In this document: in pieces, positions 38,976 through 51,240 of the stretch
Position numbering within the stretch: position 1 is the stretch's first letter
Layout of the letters: the number at the start of each line of letters is the position of its first letter
Assembly: GCF_001194135.2 (NCBI RefSeq)
Contig: NC_068982.1
Span: 99,075,021 to 99,139,020 of the forward strand
Reading direction: 5' to 3'
From: Octopus bimaculoides
Lineage: Eukaryota
Length of the DNA stretch: 64,000 nucleotides
Translations under genes and position numbers: made by a program
Notes under the pieces: generated by a model
Told to the model about the DNA's origin: nothing
The model's database searches: none
The model's input: only the letters and a program-made list of their open reading frames with translations

Positions 38976-41900
38976 AACATACACTATTTGTGTCAACTGA
39001 TAATCTTTGATATGCAACAAATACTTGTGCACACATGTAGATAATACTTTATTTTAAGTTTAATTTACAAATAACCATGCTATTCATATCATAGGTTTGA
39101 AATAATCATTCAAAATAACTAGAGAATAAATAAATGACAGGGACAATATCAATGTATATGTATTACCTACATCTTCACTCTCTTTTACTTACTTTATGTC
39201 TCTTTGGATATTAATCCTATGTAAATTTTCCCAAGATATTTCTATATTGAGACAAAGTAGAAAGGAATTCTGTGAACATTCCTTAAATAATAGTAAATAT
39301 TCAGGATACAACAGACAAATGCACCAAGCACAGCTATATTTAATTCAATACATGCACCATCATATCTTGGAATTAAGTGTTTCAATCAGCAGGGAGTTAC
39401 AAACACAGCATTAAAACCCTTCAACATGTGTTTGTACATAATGAATTTAAAAATTAACAGTAAAAAAAATAAATAGTAAAGAAATGTCAAATCAATATAA
39501 ATAACCAATATTTTTCTATGAAATAAAGGAAGGAAAATCATCTAATTCTATTCTCTAAAATGGAAAAGCAGTAAATCCTTTTTAAAAATATATAAAAGCA
39601 AAAAATGTTTGGCAGCCACATGAACAGTTTTTAATTTGTAACACCATATTTTGTTGAATCTCAGATATTTTTGTGCATATATTAGATGCCAATTTATATT
39701 GCATTTTAATACTGGTAGTTTTGGTTAGGTTGGAGTTGAACACATTAGCAAAACTGCAGACAATATTTAAACCCCATGAGAAATATTTGGTACAATACTC
39801 TTCAATTTTATATATTCTCGTTAGAATTTATGTTTTAAAGAAAATCCCCTCATATATTTTATAATTACTAAATCTTACTCCTTGTCAAAACTAGCTTACA
39901 TTTCCTTACATTCCCATACCACCCACAACATACCTCATACTTCCTTGACTGAATCCCTTCTTAAGCATCCTTTTGAAACACTATATTTGCCTCAACTATT
40001 CCTACAAATTACAAACCCATAAAAATTCAAACTGAATTTTAGCTTCAGTTAACCATCTATCTCAGCCCCAAAGTCTTAGATCGGCCTACCATCTGCAAGC
40101 TCATAAATGAAACAAAATATAAACTCCAAGGAAACTAGTGGTGGTCTGATTTGAAAACAAATGACCCAGAGAAGTGTACACAGAAGAGTACGAATGAAGA
40201 ATTTACCATTTCCTCCAACAGTTAAAAAAGTAAAGAGTGTTGCTAGTATGGTCATAGACTAGTTAGCTTAGCTAGCAACCAATGAGACAACACTTTCGCT
40301 ATTTTCATGACTCTCAGAGGAAGGACTAAACTTTAGAGATAAACAGATCTAATCTTTTCTATCTTAATTTCTTCAGAAATAAAGATAGATAAGACTAAAT
40401 CTGTTTATCATTTATTAAATCATCAATGTATTTTTCTATCTCCTACAATTTAACAACTGACTCTAGAATTTTGACCACTAGCCTACAAGATAACGTCAAT
40501 AACTAGCTTTCAATACTATTCAACCAATTTCCAACATCAACTTTTCATTTGTGATGAAGTGCAATGAGGAAAAAAATAGTTGCTGTATTTTGATAGCATA
40601 AGGTACTAATATATGGGAAAGAGATGTAAGCTTTTGATAAAAGAAAATTGTCTAAATAATTCTATTTTGCTAAACCAACCAGTGCATTATTTTGTACATT
40701 TATGAAGTGATTCCCTCACCACTGCTTAGCCTGTTCTTATCCCTCTAAGGTATTTTAGTCTCTCAACACCTGGCATGAGCCCACTTCCCTCCCTAATATC
40801 CTCTCCACATACACTACACTTAGTCATAGGGACTTTCCTTTTACCATTCTTTTTCTGTTTTGCAATTTACTAGGTGATCTCACTAGTTCCAGTGGCACAA
40901 AAAAAAAAAACACCCAGTACATAATGTAAGGTGGTTGGCATTAGGAAGAGCATCCAGCCTTAGAAACCATGCCAAAGCTGACACTGGAGCTTGGCACAGC
41001 TTTGGAGATTACCGAATCCTATCAAATCATCCAACCATTGCTAGTATGGAAAACAGAGATTAAATGATGAAGATGATGAGGATGATGAAGTGCAATCTGA
41101 GGTCAAAATAAAACTAAAACATGACCAAAGCTGTCTCCCACACATGCTGAAGTAATTAAAATTATAACAGTTACCACCGATTAATAAGGTGTTTTGTTTT
41201 CCGTTGGCATGTTTATCATTTCTAGTTAGTTTTCTTATGCTCCCCACATCAAATATGTTAGCAACACAAAATTAATGCAAGAAATTATCTTAAGAAACTG
41301 ACTGTGAGAGAACATTTTTGGAATATAATGTAATATTAATGAGCATTGGTTAAAGAAAATATATTTTCTTAGTTGTTCAGAGTTGACAGGCAAACGTTAC
41401 TGACAGAAAGAAGCATAATATCATCTAAACTGAAATGTACTTCCAGTGGGTCTTGAAAATAAGTGAGGTCAAGCAACACTCCATACAAAAGGTTAAATAG
41501 GAACAATTGAAGGAAATGACATAGTTAAACAATGTCAGCTTATTCTTAATTAATGCTATCTGTGAAAAGTTGGCAGCTATGGTAATTAACCTTTTATTGA
41601 ATGTTTACTATATACAAGTAAACAGCTTAATGAGAGAATAAGAAAAACAAATAAAATTAAAGTAGAACACAATAAAGAATTCTAACAAAAAATATTTAAA
41701 AATCAGTGAAAACTGAAAAAGGAGACAATAAAAGGTACTTTTTTTTCTTATGACAACTCTAAATTTGTTTACCAAATTACCTAACTTTTATGTCCATCAT
41801 AACATTTATAACATATAGCAGAAATGATTATTAAGATCACACAGGATCCAAAATCCAAAAATCGCACAAGATCAAAAAGATAGATATAAATCTAAAACAC

Positions 41901-41977
41901 TTCTACTTTTTATAACATGCTATCATCTTTCCTTTTACATTTTCAAGATTTTTATATATCTGAAAAACATGTCTGGC

Positions 41978-42610
41978 CATCATCATCATCATCATCATCG
42001 TTTAACGTCCGCTTTCCATGCTAGCATGGGTTGGACGATTTGACTGAGGACTGGTGAAACCGGATGGCAACACCAGGCTCCAGTCTAATTTGGCAGAGTT
42101 TCTACAGCTGGATGCCCTTCCTAACGCCAACCACTCAGAGAGTGTAGTGGGTGCTTTTACGTGTCACCCGCACGAAAACGGCCACGCTCGAAATGGTGTC
42201 TTTTATGTGCCNNNNNNNNNNGCAACGATCTCGCTCGAAAATCCTACAGGAGCCAGTCAGGCGGTACTGGCAACGGCCACGCTCAAAATGGTGCATCTTA
42301 TGTGCCACCCACACAAGAGCCAGTCCAGGGGCACTGGCAACGATCTTACTTGGCTTGCCGGGTCTTCTCACGCACAGCACATTTCCAAAGGTCTCGGTCA
42401 GTAGTCATCGCCTCGGTGAGGCCCAATGTACGAAGGTCTTGCCTCACCACCTCAGCCCAGGTCTTCCTGGGCCTACCTCTTCCACGGGTTCCCTCAACTG
42501 TTAGGGTGTGGCACTTTTTCACGCAGCTATCCTCATCCATTTTCACCACATGTCCATACCAGCGCAATCATCTCTCTTGCACGCCACAACTGATGCTTCT
42601 AATGTTCAGA
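41978..42610 (-). mobile_element. Young 5'-truncated RTE-clade LINE (ORF C-terminus, 3' UTR and (GAT)n tail)
   Basis: ORF 42346-42567 RWYGHVVKMDEDSCVKKCHTLTVEGTRGRGRPRKTWAEVVRQDL is a typical RTE C-terminus. The tail (CAT)n is at 41978-41999 and there is a 10-N gap at 42212-42221. Confidence 0.9.
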
Positions 42611-43237
42611 GGAAACATTACCATGCTTGGGAATAGGTGAGCGATGGTGACAAGAAGGACATACAGCTGTTGAAAATCTGCCTTTATAAATTTCATCTGA
42701 CCCATGCAAGCATGGGAAAAATGAATGCTAAATAATGATGATGATGATGATGATGACTCATTATTATCATCACTGTCTTTACAACCACTTTTCCATGATT
42801 GCATGAGTTAAACAAAATTTATTATGGCAAATTTTCTTTGGCCAGATGCTTTTCCTATCACCAATCCTAACCTGTTTCAAAGTAAGGCAGTATTTCCCCA
42901 GAGCTTGACATCTTTCCATGGAAGATTGTAAACAAGACACTGCTTGTATGACAGTGATGCTCATCTACAAACTCCATGCAATGTCAAGACATAAGGACAC
43001 ATGTACATATATGTGATAAGCTTTTTTCAGTTTTCATGACTGGCCCAAAGGTATAGCAGAAAACACTAGTTGAAGATACTAGTTGAAGACACTAGTTGAA
43101 GATACCAAAGCAACGTGGTTGGGAAGCAAACTCAATCATACTACCATGTCTATACCATAGAAAATTTCACAAATTTGCATGCCATCCTTGCACAGGAGCC
43201 ACACTAATCTTCTGTGTATCATCCCAAGCAAGTACAT

Positions 43238-43281
<44 letters not shown>

Positions 43282-44660
43282 TCTAAGGTTGAGGAGTGTG
43301 CTTCAGACTCACGTGGATTAGGGTTCAGTCTCACAGCATGGCACCTTGGGCAGTGACTTCTACTATACCCAAGGCAAATCAAAGCTTTGTGAGAGGATTT
43401 GATGGACAGAAACTGAAAGAAATCAATGGTGTATGTGTGTCTCCTTGTTTTGACATTGTATGATAATTAATTCTAAGCAAACATTGCTATCATACATGTG
43501 CTGTTTGCTTCTGATCTTAAACAAAAACATGACTGGTGATATGCAATACTTGAGAAGACCTGCCAATCTTAGAGAAACTACAGATCCCTCCTTCACCTAT
43601 CTAACTGCATACTTCACAAGTTTTCCCTAATACCACTAGTCTTTAACACAACCCTGGGACCATTTCACTAGATAGCCATCCTTCATTTATAACACTGATG
43701 TTCTCCACCTGTATTTTACATTGATCACCCTTCCCTCCAACATACACTTATCATCTACCAACACTTGTTCTTTCATAATATTCATTCCCTTGCCTATCCT
43801 CCATCTCTAACTATCTCTCACTCTCCCCTTACATTCTTGCAACCTTTACCTACCCACACTCCCAGATTTTTCTGTCCCTACTCACTTTTACTCACCTTGT
43901 ATCTTTAGAGTCTACCCTGATACATCATTACCAATTTTAATCTCTTTCTAACTACACTCCAGTTTCACCCTCTTTTCCATAATGTGAGTAGCCATGTAGT
44001 TACTCTACAGCAAGAAACCTTTTCTGCTCTAGCCCTTTCTCTGATACTTCTCATCTCCTAGTATAAAGCCACCCCTCTCTCTCTCTACTGTAGCCCCACT
44101 CAGTTGAAAGGAATCTTAATCTTGCTAGCTCCATGGTGACCTCACTAGTGCTGGTACTACAAGAAAAGCACTCAATACACTCTGTGTACTGTTTGGCATT
44201 TAGAAGGGCATCCAGCCATAAAAACTATACCAAAGCAGACACTGCAGCATGAAGCAATTCTTAAACCTGTCAGACCCTGTTAAACCATCAAACCTATGCC
44301 AGCACGACTTTGATGGACATTAGATAATGATAATGATAATACATATATATGAGAGGGAGAGAGAGAGAATTTTTCATACTATTACTTTTATTAAGTGTTC
44401 ACTTCAGATCCAATGCAAATTCAAAGACTTTTTTCTATAAGTGCTGAGGGCTTTTGGGGTGGGAGGGAACAGAGAAAGAGGGAGGAACAGTCTCAACAGA
44501 TTTCCCTATGAAGTAGTTTGAAGATGTTGATTTGGGGAAAATGATATACCTAGACATTGTATCAATAAGCCTGTACTGAATTTGACTTGAACTGTGAATA
44601 AAAGTGACAGTTTGAAGGAAAAAGACAGATAATGAGAAGAATATATGAATAGAAAATATG

Positions 44661-44699
<39 letters not shown>

Positions 44700-44984
44700 C
44701 AAAGAGGGAGAGCGAAGTCAATAGAGCACCAGCCAAACAACCAAGAAGTTAATACTGCATTGTCTCTGGTTGAGGCACTTAACTCTCAATGTCCTAGCTC
44801 ATCAAGCACTAATTAGGCTTCATAGAGTGGCAGCATTTACATTAAGTATTTCCTTAACTTGAACACAAAGATTTTCAAGCTTGTAAACCAGTCCTCTAAT
44901 ACTACAAGAATTTATGTTTACAATGTATATTGCAAGGCACTTAGAACATAGAATGGAAAAATTTAACTAGCTTGAGAATTAAGT

Positions 44985-46334
44985 TATACCCGGTGCAAGC
45001 TATGGACACATAAGAGGTGCAGCAACATCAAAGGCAGGTTAACTAGGAAGTTAGTTTTTGTTTGTGGCAGATATTCAGGTGCAATAAAGACTGTAAACAA
45101 ACAGGAAACAACTTCTATCTCATTCCAGGGTGAAAAACTAGAGGTAGTCGATAGCTTCCGCTATCTGGGCGACCAAGTTAGTAGTGGGGGTGGGTGCGCT
45201 GAAAGTGTAGCTGCTAGAATAAGAATAGCCTGGGCAAAGTTTAGAGAGCTCTTACCCCTGCTGGCGACAAAGGGACTCTCATTCAGAGTAANNNNNNNNN
45301 NNNNNNNNNNNNNNNNNNNNNNNNNNNNNNNNNNNNNNNNNNNNNNNNNNNNNNNNNNNNNNNNNNNNNNNNNNNNNNNNNNNNNNNNNNNNNNNNNNNN
45401 NNNNNNNNNNNNNNNNNNNNNNNNNNNNNNNNNNNNNNNNNNNNNNNNNNNNNNNNNNNNNNNNNNNNNNNNNNNNNNNNNNNNNNNNNNNNNNNNNNNN
45501 NNNNNNNNNNNNNNNNNNNNNNNNNNNNNNNNNNNNNNNNNNNNNNNNNNNNNNNNNNNNNNNNNNNNNNNNNNNNNNNNNNNNNNNNNNNNNNNNNNNN
45601 NNNNNNNNNNNNNNNNNNNNNNNNNNNNNNNNNNNNNNNNNNNNNNNNNNNNNNNNNNNNNNNNNNNNNNNNNNNNNNNNNNNNNNNNNNNNNNNNNNNN
45701 NNNNNNNNNNNNNNNNNNNNNNNNNNNNNNNNNNNNNNNNNNNNNNNNNNNNNNNNNNNNNNNNNNNNNNNNNNNNNNNNNNNNNNNNNNNNNNNNNNNN
45801 NNNNNNNNNNNNNNNNNNNNNNNNNNNNNNNNNNNNNNNNNNNNNNNNNNNNNNNNNNNNNNNNNNNNNNNNNNNNNNNNNNNNNNNNNNNNNNNNNNNN
45901 NNNNNNNNNNNNNNNNNNNNNNNNNNNNNNNNNNNNNNNNNNNNNNNNNNNNNNNNNNNNNNNNNNNNNNNNNNNNNNNNNNNNNNNNNNNNNNNNNNNN
46001 NNNNNNNNNNNNNNNNNNNNNNNNNNNNNNNNNNNNNNNNNNNNNNNNNNNNNNNNNNNNNNNNNNNNNNNNNNNNNNNNNNNNNNNNNNNNNNNNNNNN
46101 NCACCATTTCGAGCGTGGCCGTTGCCAGTATCGCCTGACTGGCCTTCATGCAGTTGACACGTAAAAGCACCTACTACACTCTCTGAGTGGTTGGCGTTAG
46201 GAAGGGCATCCAGCTGTAGAAACTCTGCCAAATTTAGATTGGAGCCTGGTGTTGCCATCCGGTTTCACCAGTCCTCAGTCAAGTCGTCCAACCCATGCTA
46301 GCATGGAAAGCGGACGTTAAACGATGATGATGAT
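44985..46334 (+). mobile_element. Young 5'-truncated RTE-clade LINE spanning an 810-N gap
   Basis: An open frame at 44985-45290 reads …LEVVDSFRYLGDQVSSGGGCAESVAARIRIAWAKFRELLPLL (RT thumb region). The 3' UTR after the gap (45292-46101) is nearly identical to the reverse complement of ~42000-42200. Confidence 0.9.
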
Positions 46335-47924
46335 TTCTCAGTAGTTAACTACCCTAAGAATTAAAGTATACCATTGCTCAGTAGTAACTAACAGCTAACC
46401 TTCAAATTTATAAAATATTTCCTTGCTTCACTTTGCCTCTTATCTTTTGGTAAAATAAAAATAATACTTGCACTGTAATTAATTTAACCCCCACCCAAGC
46501 CTACCCTTATAAGAACAGATTTTGAGCATATTTAAAAGAAATCAATATTTCTCGATTCCACTCAATTAATTAATGGTATATTTTGGTTAGAGACAATGAT
46601 TGTTGTTATCTCTTGATAATACTTCCTAAGTGCTTCCTAAGGGCTTTTGGGTAAAGGTGGTTAAACAGAAGAGACAGTCTGAAACAAATCTTTTTGTTTT
46701 TTTCATAAATTGTCTGAAAATGTTTGGTTGTGGCTTTTGGGCTAATAAAATATCCCCCAGAATGTTGCATCAATGTATTTCTTAAAACTAACAATACTCT
46801 CTAGCTTTAAAAAAAATTAAGGAATGGAGCTAGATGATCTGAGAATGCTGCTATGCTGTTCAGAATGTTGTTGGTGTGGTTATGATAGAGAGGAAACTCA
46901 TTTTAAGATCCCTTTTGTTTGGCATCTATGAATTTGAAACAACAGAAACAATTCTACAAGTCTACACTGAAAGTGAATGAGTGCTAAAATGAGTCAGAAG
47001 AAACAGACAATGAGAGAAATACAGTGGTAGGAAATATGAATCTATGTAAGATGTATTCTAATGCCATCTGTTATGATGTAAATAGCTTATTTTTCCTATG
47101 AATATTTTCTCACAAATCACAAGCTTAGCAAAATTATACACTTTGTAGTTAAAAATTGAAAACCTGCACATTCAGCATGAAGTTAATGAATTATCTCTTA
47201 TATGTAATGTATTAATCAGTATTTTTAATGGCAAATAAACTATATAAAGCTGCTTCAATCTTATTTGCCAACAGAGAAATGGAGATACCAAAAGTGGCAT
47301 TCTATAAAATGGAGTTAGCTCAGTATAGAACATTTCTAATGTTTCTTGGAGACAGAAAAGTCCAAAATAATGTAGAAATTAATGTAAAATGTAAGAAAAA
47401 CATATTTCTATATTAATATTGATTTATGAAACAAAATATTGTATAAAACCAACACATTATCAAATTAATTTGCTGTAAAGATGTATGCAAATCAGTTGTT
47501 TAAATGTGTGCAAGAATAGGATTCAATGGAAATATGTAAAAAGATCAATATACCACAAAGAATAATATTACTGATGAGAAAGAATGAAAATTGAGGTAAT
47601 TCAATAATAAAAAAATTTTTGGTACTAATCCAGGATTGTTATTGAAAATAAGACATTTTCTACCAACAACCCGGTCTCTCCATTGCATTTGTATAATTGC
47701 ACAGTAAAAACAGACATGCACTGCAATGAGAACAGCTAAAGTGGGAGGTATTAAAATAGATTCCATTTCATTACAGTGTTGGTTGTATAGGAGACAAGTA
47801 GTGAATATATTATACTTATAGATTAAGGTACAAATCTGGATGATAGTAGTACCATTAATTAGTGTAATAGAAAAGACAAGCTATCAATTGAAACTGAAAC
47901 CTAGTTAGAAATGTTTATTATACA

Positions 47925-48851
47925 CAAGATATTCGGGTTAAATATGACAATATTTTAATGTCAATTTTTTAAGACAATTTTTTTTTTGTTATGAACAGCT
48001 TGGTGTATTGATGAACAGTCAACGGCATCAGGGAGTATAAAGATTAAAATTGTAGTTGAGAAAAGGTTAAGTGACATGCAAGACTAGAAGCTGTCTGAAT
48101 ATTGGAAAAGAGTTACATATATCATGATGAGTCATGCAGGGTGTCAAAATTCTGACATCATAGCTGCTGCTCAATAATCTGTGAACACTGTAAGGACTGT
48201 AAGATGTGGCCCAGTCAACTGCAACAAAGACTACAAATCCATGGCGAGCAGGAAGAGGCACAGCAGGCATTCTGACTGCGTCTGCACACCAGGAAACATC
48301 TAACAAACGATGAACAGGGCATTAGGTTCAATTTAGATGGATAGATGACTATGTGAAGCTGCTGGAGACTGAGGTCAAACCCTGGTTGGAGAGGGTTGCT
48401 GCTGAAAAGCCATATGTGTGTGTGGCAGCAAGATTCAGCTCCTTGCCATACCTTTGGAAAAAGTCAGAAGTGGTTGCTGAAGAATTTCTATGACTTAACC
48501 AGCTCCAACTTCTGGCTTCCTAATTCTTCTGATTGTAATCCCATGGATTACTATATGGAGGTGGGGAGAAGCTGAGAGAGACACCAAGTGCTCTGCCTGT
48601 AACACCAAGGTCAAGCTGATGACCAAGAACAAGGAGGTGTTGGAAGATCTTTCCAGGGAGGAATGCACACATTCTGAAGCCATTTTGATGTCATAGTGGA
48701 TGATGAGGGCAGCTACTTTGAGTAAACAGTTATGCCCCAGCCATAATCTAGTTGATATTTTTTGATATTTTAAAATATTTTAATTTTTTGATGGAATATT
48801 GTGTTTGCTTTATCTTTCATGCAAAGTGCCAAATTTAGTCCAAACACCCTG
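47925..48851 (+). mobile_element. Tc1/mariner DD37D (maT-like) element, internally deleted
   Basis: Segments YVKLLETEVKPWLERVAAEKPY and WQQDSAPCH…NFWLPNSSDCNPMDYY have 37 residues between the last two D. The right TIR (revcomp cagggtgtttggactaaatttg) is followed by TA; a degenerate left TIR lies near 47925. Confidence 0.8.
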
Positions 48852-49176
48852 TATAAATTTATTATGTATAGGTCACTTCACAACACTTTCAGAAATATTA
48901 TGATACACTTTCTTAGAGCAGCTACAATTTATTTCATGCAAATTGTCTTCTACCTAAAACTGATTCAAATAAACCACAAACATATTAATTCAGGATCTGT
49001 TTGTATTACTAATACATAAGTCAGTGTTTATCTGAAATAAATATAGTACACACTTAGGAGAACATAATATAACTGCTCTGTTACACCTATTGATAAACTG
49101 ACCTTATGCCTTTTTTGTGCTCTTTTTCGTTAGCTAACTTCCCTATAAACCACTTCTGAACATTAAATACAAATCA

Positions 49177-49390
49177 AAGGCAGGGAAGTGGCAAAATCAT
49201 CACCACACCAGACAAAATGCTTAGAGGCATTTCTTCTCGCTTTACATTCTGAGTTCAAATTCTACCAGGGTCAACTTTACCTTTCATCCTTTCAGGGTCA
49301 ATAAAATAAGTACCAGTTAAGCACTGGGTTCAACGTAATCAACTTAACCCTCCCCCGAAATTACTGGCCTTGTGCCAAAATTTGAAATCA
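49177..49390 (+). mobile_element. SINE-like repeat (…ctgagttcaaatt… family)
   Basis: A-box/B-box-like head (gtggcaaaatc…gagttcaaattc) and 3' end ggccttgtgccaaaatttgaaa. Further decayed copies lie near 19580-19730, 34730-34900 and 37250-37350. Confidence 0.7.
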
Positions 49391-49515
49391 ACATAAAATA
49401 CAAAAATCTATTTCTGTAAATTTGCTGACTATCATAAACTATAGTAAACTCTTTTCATAAAGTTTTAAAAATGGTTCCTTTAATACTTGTGGATTTTTCT
49501 TATATGTTTCAATTT

Positions 49516-50204
49516 AAGTGAAAAACTGGACAGACCAACAAATATGTCTCCAACTAACAAATTATGATGTGTGGAGGATACATTCATTTCATTTAGCAAC
49601 TACCACTGAAACAGATAAATACTTGTATTTAATTCCCATGAGCAGGGTTATCTAAAAACCAAACTGCCTTATTTAAAGGAGAGAGGAGAATTATGTTGGA
49701 CAGATAAGATTGAGCAGTTTTATGCTGGTCAAAAAAGCATTGTAAGTCTAATGTCACAAAAACAAAATGTCAAGCACAAAAGATGGTGATTTAAAAAAAG
49801 GTCTTTGTCCTATTTAACACGACAATAGAAATAATTCAAGAATATGCAGAGTGAAAGGAATTTTATCTAATATTCTGATTTGATAAATTAAATAATAATA
49901 AAAAAACACCATTTAAAAACTGGTGTCATTGCAATTGAAAAACATATTCATTTTATACTGCAGTATAAGTAATAAGCTTCTCATGAAATGAGTATGACAA
50001 AGATTTTATTCATGATTGTAGCTATTTCCCTTCTACTAATGCCTTGAAGAAAGAATGAATGCTACAACTTCCAATTCCTAACTTCCTGAAGCTGAGAGGG
50101 TTGGTCACCCATTAAAGAGTATCTCTAACAACAAACAGTCAAACAGTTGACTATCACACAATTACATTCTATTTATTACTATGATGAAATAACAATTAAG
50201 AATG

Positions 50205-50246
<42 letters not shown>

Positions 50247-51240
50247 TATAGAGAAGAACAAAGATTTCACAGCTTTCATAAATATGCGATCTCAGTAAGC
50301 AATACAGTGCTCATCCAAAAGCACCTGAAAAGTAGGAATAGAAAGTATTTTTATGCATATTGCTTCTTTAAGTTGTTATTATAAATCAATGAGTAACAAT
50401 TAGAAATGAAGCTAAAATGTGGGAAATATAACTAGAGACATTAATAGTTTTCAGGATAAACTAACATTAGATTTCAATATAAAATACTGATAGAAATAAT
50501 CCATAAATTGCCAACGAAAGCCTCCAATGCCAGGAATGTAGTTATATCTAGATACCATCCAAGCAGTAAAGTGTAAAATATGATGAATCAGAGAAGGAAG
50601 GTGAGGGAGAGAAACAGATCAGAAAAAAAAAAAGTGAAACATTCAATAATAGATTGGGCCAAATCTAGATTTAGCATATGAAAAAATTTTTTAATTCAGT
50701 AACATTCTAAAATTGGAGATCAATAGAAAATATTCTAACAATCAAACCCATGCTTTTTAACAATAGACAAAAATATGTTGAAGTAATTCATTCACCCACA
50801 AAAGTTTTGAAAGCAGTCCTTAATATAAAGACCCTTTTATGACTGGCAATGTCAAATTGCTGAAGAGTAGATCTTTGGATTTGCATGGGCCACACTGGAA
50901 GAACATCTATTAATTCACTTGAGAGCATTTGTGTTTTTTTTTTTTTAAACTACAGTCAAGATCCTGCAGGGCAAAAAAAAGTGTTAACTGTCTCAAATAA
51001 ATAGACACTTTCAGATCAAACATCTAATTACATTTTAACTCTTACAGCACTGCCAGGCCAATATATCAGAATAATGCAACCAAAAATACCTCCATGTTTA
51101 ACATATCAGCCAAAATAAAGCTCTCTCTTCTCAGTTGCCATGTTGCAGATTGTAATTAGCAGGTACTGTTTATGGACATTACCTGCCAAGTGAAAAACTG
51201 GACAGAACCAACAAATATGTCTCCAATTAACAAATTATGA
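49516..51240. repeat. 52/53-bp direct repeat flanking ~1.6 kb
   Basis: aagtgaaaaactggacag(a)accaacaaatatgtctccaa(c/t)taacaaattatga at 49516-49567 and 51188-51240. Confidence 0.9.

Noticed and set aside
43066-43105. Three 13-bp tandem units (actagttgaagaY)
   Set aside because: There are no spacers; it is local slippage inside a SINE body, not CRISPR-like.
45161-46258. 365-aa and 295-aa minus-strand ORFs
   Set aside because: They are mostly N and antisense to an RTE LINE.
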